Part shown: in pieces, positions 24,705 through 32,000 of the stretch
How positions within the stretch are numbered: position 1 is the first letter of the stretch
Layout: every line of letters starts with the position of its first letter
Source of the DNA: Chitinibacter fontanus
GTDB taxonomy: Bacteria > Pseudomonadota > Gammaproteobacteria > Burkholderiales > Chitinibacteraceae
Direction of reading: 5' to 3'
Assembly: GCF_013423785.1 (NCBI RefSeq)
Contig: NZ_CP058952.1
Location: 1,483,665 to 1,515,664, forward strand
DNA length: 32,000 bases
Translations under genes and position numbers: made by a program
The notes under the pieces: model-generated
The model's input: the letters and a program-made list of their open reading frames with translations, nothing else
The model's database searches: none
Told to the model about the DNA's origin: nothing

Positions 24705-27700
24705 TTATTTCAGATTAAGTTTGATCGGATTACGTGCAGCATCTAGGGTTGCCCGTGCAGATTTTGCTGCCGGAATGCACTCTGGGCCTACGGGTTGATT
24801 AACTTTAACTCCCGCTATTTTCAAGCCTTCGTTGATTGCAGCCCCATACTCACCCTGCTTGAAAGCATTCAAAGCAGTCTGAACCTGCTTCGCTTTCTCG
24901 ACCAACTTGGCCGCGTCAGCTAAAAGATTACCTTGTGGAATCGACTGGATTACTTCAGCTGGGTTAGGTACATTCGGACTTTCAACGAACGACTGAGCCA
25001 TCGCGGGCAAGAGGCTTGAAAGTTGCGCCTGAGCTTGTTGCTGCACAAGAGTTGGATCAACCGGCACTGCCTCAGCAGGCCAGTGAATAGGGGCAAACTG
25101 GCCAGATTTAGTTTTATGATTGCGCGGATCTTCGGTGAATTTCACCATAACTGCGCCAATTGGCAAACCACCAACCAGGGCCTTACCATCTTTATCTAGC
25201 AGCCCTTCGTGACGTTGTCCGAGTAGGTCGGTTAAGACATAACGACCGGTGGCGACGCCCTCTCGTCCTGCATATAGATGGTGCAATTTAACTTGCCCCA
25301 AGCCAGACGACCTAGGAAAGGCCGGAAAAGGAAGTGTCTGGCTTGCTGGCCCGCTCCAATCATGGCTTGAGCCTTTAAAACTCACCTTGCCCGGCGCGTG
25401 TAGTTCGATCTTGCCGCCTTTAATGCGGATATACGCGCCGCCGGCGGTGAGTAGGATTTCTTGCTTGGCGTTGAATAGATTCTGGCCTTTGATTGCGGTG
25501 AGTTTGACGTTTTTATCCGCCGTAATCTCCACATCATCACTCTGCGCCTGCATCTGCACTTTGCCCTTCGCAGCAATCAGCTTCAGTGCAATGCTGTCTT
25601 TGACCCCGCTCACGAACAGGCTGATGTGTGATCCGACGTTGTGGATCCAGCGCCGCCCCGTGGTTTGGTTGCTGTCTCGTTGCGCAACTTGGTCGATATT
25701 GCTACCGGCGGTTTGGGTCAGGCTTTGCGGCGTGGTGAGCGCGAGGCCATCTTGGCCGTGGAGCATCAACAGCGGCTGCTGGCCAGCTTGGTCTTCTGAT
25801 TTGGTTTTGCCCTCTGAATCCGTATTCGTGCCTGCTTCCCAGCTTTTCGCGGCGTGAACGTGGTGGTGCAGGTGGCCGGTTTTGTGCTTCTCGCCGTTAG
25901 AGTTATCGGGTTTGATCGTTTGCTCGTTCTCACCGGTTTCGATGGTGTCGGCCAGTTGTTTGGTCGCGACTTCGCCGAGGCTTTTCGCGAGTTCGAGCGC
26001 GGATTCAAGCTGGCTGCTGGCAGGGTTGCGGTCGAGCTGTTTACCCGCCGCGCCGCCTTTGGCTTCGGTGGTGAGCAGTAGCCCATGCCCAGCACGAATT
26101 GCACCGTGGGCGTCGGTTCTGAGTTCAAAGCCTTCGCCTCGCGTTTCCCCTTTGCCATTCGTGCGTGGGTGGATCAGGTAGCCGAGGTTGAGTTGCGTTT
26201 TAGCGTGTTCGCTGCTGAGCTTGGTGCGTACTTGGCCGGTGCTGTCGTCGAATAATAATTCGCCGTACTGGCCACCTTTGTATTCTTTACTCTTGATGCC
26301 CGATAACGTTTTATTGGCTGGCAGTGCGCCTGCGCCGCTAAACGTCGGCGTCGGGTGACTGCCGTTGTAGACAACACCTGTGACGATGGGTCTATCGATG
26401 TCGCCTTCAATGAAGTCCACCAGCACTTCTTGCCCGATACGCGGGATGAATTGATGACCCCAGCTCGCACCAGCGCTCGGATAGGCGACTCGAATCCAGC
26501 ACGATGATTTATCGTCGAGATTGGCACCGAAGTCGGCATGTTCGTTGGGCCGTTGCCAGTGAAACTGAACCTTGATTCGGCCCAGTCCATCGGTGTGGAT
26601 TTCTTCACCTGCAGGCCCCACCACAGTGGCGGTTTGTACTCCACGCGATTTGGGTTTCGCCAGTTGCTCGGTGCCGTCCAAATTAAAAGCAGGGGTAATG
26701 GGCTGACCACGGCGTTGGGATTTGAATTCAACGCGATACGGTGCGGGTGTATCTGTCGTACTGTGGGTGGCGGTATTGCTCGCTAACAGGCTCGGTGCAA
26801 TCTGGCGCAGTTGCTGCGTTAAATCATGCGGTAGATTGTTATGAGCAGTGAAGGTGAGTTCGGTAATTGCAAACTCACGTTGCTCCGCACTATCCCACTC
26901 GTGCGCAGGGTGGTCTTCCAAGCGAAACCATTGGCCAGCTTGTAATGAGCGCAATGTACCACTGCCGCTGAATGATTTCTTTTGCCCATCATGCGCTTGC
27001 TGGCGCAGTTGGGCGTAATGACTCAGTTGCTCGGCGTCGCTGGCGTAATACAGGCTTTGCGGGTCGTAATCTTCAAACGACGCTTGTAACTGCTGCCCAC
27101 CGTCGCCTTGATCCACTGCGCTCTCATCACCGCTGTGGCTGGTGTTGCTGGCTTTGTAATCAAAGGTGGCGAGTGCAACGTTGTTACTACCGACTTGGCG
27201 TTGTGAAGTCCATTCGAGCAGTGCATCACTCTCTTCGGTCGCATCGGCGCGATGAAAGCGGACTTGTGAATCGCTGGCTTCGGGAAGCGCAAACGCATCG
27301 TCAAACACCACCAACTGCACTTGCGGCGAATCGGCCGGCTGGTGTTCAAAGCGCCACGCCAAGCCTTCCTCGTGCATCAGTCGGACAAGGAAATCGTAAT
27401 CGGATTCGCGATACTGCAAACAGTAGGAGCGTTGGGAGTGAGCACCACTAAGTTTGAAATCCAGCGTCTGGACTGCGGCAAACACTGAGTTCGCCGCCTG
27501 ATGTTCTCCGATCACCTGTTTGACGATGTCGGGAACGGAGATGTCCTGAAACACGCGAGACGTGCGGCGATGGCGTAAGAGCGCAAACGGCGGCTCGACT
27601 TGCAAACCATACTTGGCAAAACCACCGTCCGAGCCCAACAGCTGGGCTTGCGACACCACACCGCAACGCTCGACGACGCCACCCTCAGAATCGGTAACAC

Positions 27701-27938
27701 CTATCACCACGGGCAAACCGAGCAGCGATTTGAGTTCAATCGCACCATCAGGCGACAGGCATTCCAGCGTGTAGCGATAAGCCTGATTCACCCCCTCGCT
27801 ACCCGTCACCGACTGCGGCAACAGCTGCTCACCCCAAGCGCTACCGTCGCCGAGTTGGAGGGTAATCAGGCGTTGGTCTTGATTAAACGCAGCAGCAAAA
27901 CTACTCAGGATTTGGGACAAGGAAGAAACACTGGTCAT
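24705..27938 (-). CDS. vgrG: T6SS spike protein VgrG (TssI) with a C-terminal extension of about 200 aa
   Basis: 1077-aa ORF with a gp27-like N-terminus and the gp5 OB region (VAYPSAGASWGHQFIPRIGQEVLVDFIEGDIDRPIVTGVVYNG). A DUF2345-like beta-helix ends near ...IELHAPGKVSFKGSSH, followed by an extra tail encoded at about 24708-25304. Confidence 0.95.
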   Translation of the reverse strand: MTSVSSLSQILSSFAAAFNQDQRLITLQLGDGSAWGEQLLPQSVTGSEGVNQAYRYTLECLSPDGAIELKSLLGLPVVIGVTDSEGGVVERCGVVSQAQLLGSDGGFAKYGLQVEPPFALLRHRRTSRVFQDISVPDIVKQVIGEHQAANSVFAAVQTLDFKLSGAHSQRSYCLQYRESDYDFLVRLMHEEGLAWRFEHQPADSPQVQLVVFDDAFALPEASDSQVRFHRADATEESDALLEWTSQRQVGSNNVALATFDYKASNTSHSGDESAVDQGDGGQQLQASFEDYDPQSLYYASDAEQLSHYAQLRQQAHDGQKKSFSGSGTLRSLQAGQWFRLEDHPAHEWDSAEQREFAITELTFTAHNNLPHDLTQQLRQIAPSLLASNTATHSTTDTPAPYRVEFKSQRRGQPITPAFNLDGTEQLAKPKSRGVQTATVVGPAGEEIHTDGLGRIKVQFHWQRPNEHADFGANLDDKSSCWIRVAYPSAGASWGHQFIPRIGQEVLVDFIEGDIDRPIVTGVVYNGSHPTPTFSGAGALPANKTLSGIKSKEYKGGQYGELLFDDSTGQVRTKLSSEHAKTQLNLGYLIHPRTNGKGETRGEGFELRTDAHGAIRAGHGLLLTTEAKGGAAGKQLDRNPASSQLESALELAKSLGEVATKQLADTIETGENEQTIKPDNSNGEKHKTGHLHHHVHAAKSWEAGTNTDSEGKTKSEDQAGQQPLLMLHGQDGLALTTPQSLTQTAGSNIDQVAQRDSNQTTGRRWIHNVGSHISLFVSGVKDSIALKLIAAKGKVQMQAQSDDVEITADKNVKLTAIKGQNLFNAKQEILLTAGGAYIRIKGGKIELHAPGKVSFKGSSHDWSGPASQTLPFPAFPRSSGLGQVKLHHLYAGREGVATGRYVLTDLLGQRHEGLLDKDGKALVGGLPIGAVMVKFTEDPRNHKTKSGQFAPIHWPAEAVPVDPTLVQQQAQAQLSSLLPAMAQSFVESPNVPNPAEVIQSIPQGNLLADAAKLVEKAKQVQTALNAFKQGEYGAAINEGLKIAGVKVNQPVGPECIPAAKSARATLDAARNPIKLNLK

Positions 27939-27984
27939 TTTAAATATTATCCGAGTAGATTTGCTGCAGTCACAAAATTAAGAA

Positions 27985-28419
27985 TTAACCATTAATATCG
28001 ATTTCAACACCATGCTTACTATCTTCGGTGGTATATCGAACACTCATTTTTTTATCCGGTACACCCTGCTCAATTAGGTATTTTTCTACATTTAATGCAC
28101 GAGCCAAGGCGCCATCTTTTGCATTGCCCACTTCTTTCTTATTGCTATAGCCGCGGACAACAAATGCTTTTCCTGCTTTTAGCTGTGGAATTAGTTTTTG
28201 CAATTGTGCTTCATGTTCTGGCGTTAATTTAGCGGATAACTTATCAAAATCGAGGAAATAAGGATCGCGAGCAACGATCGGTGTTGGCACCACTTTCACC
28301 GCTGAACTACTTGGAGTTGGTGTTGGCTTTGGGGCTGCCGACGGATTTGATTGGCATCCACTCAAAACCAGCCCAAAGGCAAGAACACTACTACCGAGAA
28401 GAATTTTTGCGCTATTCAT
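27985..28419 (-). CDS. OmpA-C-like lipoprotein encoded between hcp and vgrG
   Basis: 144-aa ORF with lipobox LVLSGC and a Pro/Thr/Ser linker. The C-terminal segment VVRGYSNKKEVGNAKDGALARALNVEKYLIEQGV loosely matches the OmpA_C peptidoglycan-binding pattern. Confidence 0.55.
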   Translation of the reverse strand: MNSAKILLGSSVLAFGLVLSGCQSNPSAAPKPTPTPSSSAVKVVPTPIVARDPYFLDFDKLSAKLTPEHEAQLQKLIPQLKAGKAFVVRGYSNKKEVGNAKDGALARALNVEKYLIEQGVPDKKMSVRYTTEDSKHGVEIDING

Positions 28420-28433
28420 ATTTGATTTCCTTC

Positions 28434-28473
28434 AATTTGAAAATAATCGATCTGCCATTACGGCAGATCGATT
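28434..28473 (-). terminator. Intrinsic terminator/attenuator immediately downstream of hcp
   Basis: 12-bp perfect stem AATCGATCTGCC-attac-GGCAGATCGATT at 28445-28473. On the minus strand it is followed by ATTTTCAAATT. Confidence 0.6.
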
Positions 28474-28495
28474 TGACAATCAAACCTAAATGGAA

Positions 28496-28993
28496 TTAGG
28501 CGATTGTTTTATTTGCGGTCAAATCCCAGCCTGCACTCACATTACCACCACCAGCACCATCGCTGCGTTTTTGTTGCGTGTAAGTCCATTTGATTTTACC
28601 GTAGCTAAAGCTTACCAACTCACTTGGGAAGCCTTCATCATTGGCTGAGCCATGCGGTACGACTTTAGAAACCAAAACTTGTTCCATTTTGATTTCCATA
28701 TATTTCACTTTGTCGCCACCTGAACGGCACAATTCAATGGTAATTTCTTTAATATGCTTACCCGTGCAGCATGCTTCGTAGATTTTTGGACTTGCTTTAT
28801 CTAAAAAGTGGGTAATTTCATATTGGCCGTGATTTACACGCTCAGCAGTTGCACCACCTGCTGAACTTGCCGTCGCTTGCGCAGGTTGCTCGATTTTATG
28901 AGCGAAAGATTGAATTTCGATCCAATCTTTATGTTTATCATCAGTTGATTCACCTGGAATACCATCGATCTTCAGAAAAGCATCAAATGCCAT
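28496..28993 (-). CDS. hcp: T6SS tube protein Hcp (TssD)
   Basis: MAFDAFLKIDGIPGESTDDKHKDWIEIQSF... is a canonical Hcp N-terminus. I place the start at the ATG at 28991-28993, with GGAG 9 nt upstream, rather than the track TTG at 29008. Confidence 0.95.
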   Translation of the reverse strand: MAFDAFLKIDGIPGESTDDKHKDWIEIQSFAHKIEQPAQATASSAGGATAERVNHGQYEITHFLDKASPKIYEACCTGKHIKEITIELCRSGGDKVKYMEIKMEQVLVSKVVPHGSANDEGFPSELVSFSYGKIKWTYTQQKRSDGAGGGNVSAGWDLTANKTIA

Positions 28994-29043
28994 ATTGCCA
29001 AACTCCAATAAAGTTAAAGAATTTACTTCTTAGTTTCGCTGCA

Positions 29044-30528
29044 TCAACGAGTGGGTTTAGGTAATTCGGCCACTAGACGCAAGGAAATGGTGAGTTCATC
29101 GAGCTGGAAATGCGGGCGTAAAAATGCCGCTGCGCGATAAACGCCTGGCTTGCCAGGAACTTCTACCACATCAACACGTGCTTCGCGTAATGGGTATTTC
29201 GCTTTAGCTTCTTGGCTTGCTGAATCATCGAGTAATACATATTGCGCCAACCAGGTATTGAGAAAATCCTGCACATTTTGGCGTGATGCAAAGCTACCAA
29301 TTTTGTCGCGCATAATTGATTTCATATAATGCGCAATCCGCGATACCGAAAAAATATACGGTAGCTGGGTTGAAAGACGCGCATTGGCATTGGCCGCATC
29401 GGTATTATAAGTTTTGGCTTTTTGCGTTGATTGGCCACTAAAGAACGCGGCGTAATCGGTATTTTTGCAGTGAACGAGTGAAATAAAGCCCAAGTCCGAT
29501 AGCAATTTTTCAGTGCGATCCGTTATAGCCACTTCAGTTGGGCATTTGAGTGCAACTTCACCATCGTCGGTATTAAATGTATGGGCAGGCAAGCCTTCAA
29601 CCAGACCACCACCTTCAACACCGCGAATTGCGGCAAGCCAACCAAAATCGGCAAAAGCGGCAGTCATACGCGCACCATAGGCATAGGCAGCATTGGTCCA
29701 CAGGTATTTGCTGTGATCGGTACCATCGACATTTTCTTCAAAGTCGAAGTCTTCCACTGGGCTCGTCTCACGACCATACGGCAAGCGGCCTAATACATGC
29801 GGCAACACCATGCCAACGTAGCGAGAATCTTCAGACTCACGGAATGATTTCCACTTAGCGTATTCAACGGTATCGAAGATTTTAGCTAAGTCGCGTGGTT
29901 TACCAATATCGGTAAAGCTCTCCAGACCGAATAAGCCTGCACCCGCCGAGGTAATCAATGGCGCATGCGAAGCCGCAGCTACGTGTGATAATTCTTCAAG
30001 CAGGTAAAAATCTTCTGGATGACGGCCAAATTCAAAGTCGCCGATCAAACCAGCGTAGGGTGCGCCACCGAAGGTACCGTACTCTTCTTCATAGATTTTC
30101 TTAAACAGAGCACTTTGATCAAATTCAGCCGATGCTTTGAAATCTTTCACTAAATCTTTTTTCGAAACGTTGAGCACTTTGATTTTTAACATCGTGCTAG
30201 TTTCAGATTCGGCGGTGAGATATTTCAGACCACGCCATGAAGCTTCAAGCTTTTGAAAATCATTGTGATGCATGATTTCGTTCAATTGCTTTGAAATCAG
30301 CGCATCAATTTCTGCAATTCGCGCGTCCATACTGGCGGTAAGATCACGCGAAACAGTGACAGTGCCTGCCAACACCTGATCAGCCAATTCGCTGATGAGA
30401 TCACGCGTATGGTTTTTCTCAGAATCATTGGTCGCAATTTTGCTGTTTTCAATAATTGAATCGAGCAGGCTGCTTGTTTGGGCTGGCGCGGCGACTGGGG
30501 CGTCAAGAACTTGTTGATCGGTGCTCAT
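29044..30528 (-). CDS. tssC: T6SS contractile sheath large subunit TssC (VipB)
   Basis: 494-aa ORF of typical length and sequence (LKYLTAESE, GDFEFGRHPEDFYLLEELSHVAAASHAPLITSA, LPHVLGRLPYG). Confidence 0.97.
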   Translation of the reverse strand: MSTDQQVLDAPVAAPAQTSSLLDSIIENSKIATNDSEKNHTRDLISELADQVLAGTVTVSRDLTASMDARIAEIDALISKQLNEIMHHNDFQKLEASWRGLKYLTAESETSTMLKIKVLNVSKKDLVKDFKASAEFDQSALFKKIYEEEYGTFGGAPYAGLIGDFEFGRHPEDFYLLEELSHVAAASHAPLITSAGAGLFGLESFTDIGKPRDLAKIFDTVEYAKWKSFRESEDSRYVGMVLPHVLGRLPYGRETSPVEDFDFEENVDGTDHSKYLWTNAAYAYGARMTAAFADFGWLAAIRGVEGGGLVEGLPAHTFNTDDGEVALKCPTEVAITDRTEKLLSDLGFISLVHCKNTDYAAFFSGQSTQKAKTYNTDAANANARLSTQLPYIFSVSRIAHYMKSIMRDKIGSFASRQNVQDFLNTWLAQYVLLDDSASQEAKAKYPLREARVDVVEVPGKPGVYRAAAFLRPHFQLDELTISLRLVAELPKPTR

Positions 30529-30531
30529 TGA

Positions 30532-31041
30532 TTACTCCTTTACTGCCGCAGGGCGAGCATGGCTAATTTGGTTGAGTTTTTCGGTATCACGCAGCACTTC
30601 GTCGAGCAATTCTTCGAGCTTGTCATTGCCGACCACTTTATTGCGTAAATCAGCTAGACGTTTACGTGCGTCGAGTAATTGCTTCAATGGTTCAATTTGA
30701 TTGACGACATTTTGAGGCTCAAAATCAGCAAGCGATTCAAAATTAAGCTCAACCGACATTTGACTGTTATCGTCTTTTAATTTGTTATCGACTTTCATCG
30801 CCAGGCGTGGTGCCATACCTTTTAAGACATCGTCGAAATTATCACGATCAATTTGAACGAATTTTCGCTCTTTCAGTTTTTTCTGTGGCTCTTTACTGTG
30901 CCCCGCATAATCGCCTAAAACACCCAAAACAAAGGGCAGTTCTTTATTTTCAATCGCATCGCCAATTTCAACATCGTAAGTAATCTGCACACGAGGTGGA
31001 CGTACGCGCGATAGTTTTTTTTGTGTACTTTCTTTACCCAT
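30532..31041 (-). CDS. tssB: T6SS contractile sheath small subunit TssB (VipA)
   Basis: MGKESTQKKLSRVRPPRVQITYDVEIGDAIENKELPFVLGVLGD is a canonical TssB N-terminus. I prefer the ATG at 31039-31041 over the track TTG at 31053. Its stop is 3 nt before the tssC start. Confidence 0.95.
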   Translation of the reverse strand: MGKESTQKKLSRVRPPRVQITYDVEIGDAIENKELPFVLGVLGDYAGHSKEPQKKLKERKFVQIDRDNFDDVLKGMAPRLAMKVDNKLKDDNSQMSVELNFESLADFEPQNVVNQIEPLKQLLDARKRLADLRNKVVGNDKLEELLDEVLRDTEKLNQISHARPAAVKE

Positions 31042-31081
31042 TTTGATTCCCAAATAAATAAAATTTTAGTTAAATCAAACC

Positions 31082-32000
31082 TTAATTGATCGTTTCTGTA
31101 ACCTTAAACACAATATCGCGCAATTTTAGTAACGACAGCGTCGGATCACTCAGTTGGCGCCCTAAAATATACGATGCTTCGGCATAAGCCTGATGGCTAC
31201 GCCATGGAGATTGCATATCACCAGCATTAATTATTTGCCGAGAGTCGAGCTCTTTACCCCACAGCATGGCTAATTGCTGCTCATTTATTTTTGAAAATGA
31301 AAGGGCAAGATAACGCTGTGACTCTTTACTGACAAAGGCAAAATAAATTGGATTACTACCCTGCGATTGGGTTGCTGCACGACACAGAGATAACCAGACA
31401 GAAGCGCCTAATATTTCTTCACCCAAACCAGTGGGTAAAGGTAATAGAAATAATTGCCCCGGCATGCTATTTCCATAGCGACGTGACATTTGCAAATAAA
31501 ATGCAAATGCCAAGATCATCGATTCAAGATCAGCATTTTGATCCTGTAAAGCCCGATCTAAATCCCAAGCAGCAGTTTTAGCCATGTGCCGATCAAGTAA
31601 TTGCGCAGCTAATTCTAAATCTGCACCAGCACGCTGGCTAAAAGCCATTTGATCTTCTAAAAACTGTCGACAAGCCAGCATTTCTACTGAATTATCTGCA
31701 GCACTTTTTAGTTGATCTTTTAAGCCGCTAAAAAATAATTCATTGGCTAAAACAAACTCAGCTTCTGTACCCTGAATCACTTCGCTGGGTACGCACATCC
31801 CTGCCACGAGTGGATAATGCCTAGAAGCCTCATCATGGCTTGGCATGGCAACCCCAACAAATGCCCATTTCTGATCATGACTAAAGAAAATAAATTCACT
31901 TGCAGGCATGGCTAAATAACGATGCTGCCATTCATTTTCAAGTGAAATATATTTCAAGCTATCGGCTAATTGTTGATCAACATCCAATGCGGCTGGATGG
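31082..32000 (-). CDS. TagF-like (DUF2094) T6SS-associated protein; 5' end beyond the window
   Basis: The frame stays open to nt 32000; the track start at 31987 is only a TTG. WAFVGVAMPSHDEASRHYPLVAG resembles the TagF (S/D)xVGRxYPL region. The expected GKLPxxGDF N-terminus would lie outside the window. Confidence 0.45.
   Translation of the reverse strand, partial: HPAALDVDQQLADSLKYISLENEWQHRYLAMPASEFIFFSHDQKWAFVGVAMPSHDEASRHYPLVAGMCVPSEVIQGTEAEFVLANELFFSGLKDQLKSAADNSVEMLACRQFLEDQMAFSQRAGADLELAAQLLDRHMAKTAAWDLDRALQDQNADLESMILAFAFYLQMSRRYGNSMPGQLFLLPLPTGLGEEILGASVWLSLCRAATQSQGSNPIYFAFVSKESQRYLALSFSKINEQQLAMLWGKELDSRQIINAGDMQSPWRSHQAYAEASYILGRQLSDPTLSLLKLRDIVFKVTETIN

Noticed and set aside
25249-27995. 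Embedded ORFs within or antisense to vgrG (for example 25249..25857 +, 26174..26731 -, 26972..27451 +, 27600..27995 +)
   Set aside because: They overlap the continuous 1077-aa VgrG frame. Their translations are low-complexity with no motifs or ribosome-binding sites.

Overview
The window is a Gram-negative chromosomal segment in two parts. It is probably betaproteobacterial, judged only from gene content and synteny.

Part 1, about 1-15.2 kb, is ordinary core genome:
- a partial M14-like peptidase, an MDR oxidoreductase, and an OYE/NemA-like reductase with a divergent LysR regulator
- a three-gene envelope operon built around an M48-TPR protease
- uppP
- the conserved DUF721 / M23 peptidase / secA block, with pilU convergent on secA
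- a TetR regulator and a YqhD-like alcohol dehydrogenase that share an operator-like palindrome

Part 2, about 15.2-32 kb, is entirely on the minus strand and is a type VI secretion segment. It runs tagF-like (cut by the window edge), tssB, tssC, hcp, an OmpA-like lipoprotein, a long vgrG, and a 1529-aa PAAR-less rhs. A polymorphic-toxin tail follows:
- two SUKH-type immunity genes
- an orphan rhs fragment carrying an HNH toxin with an overlapping immunity gene
- two more orphan immunity genes
- a decayed terminal rhs remnant abutting the yqhD terminator

The most unusual signal is an invariant 27-nt insertion present four times, only in the orphan rhs fragments. Each copy sits in frame exactly at a Tyr|Asp junction of a YD repeat. 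Each carries TAG, an AGGAAG Shine-Dalgarno-like motif, a 5-nt spacer and TTG. One copy bounds a clean 40-codon deletion.

I saw no rRNA, tRNA, CRISPR array, transposase or integrase. All homology calls come from reading the translated ORFs by eye; no database search was run.
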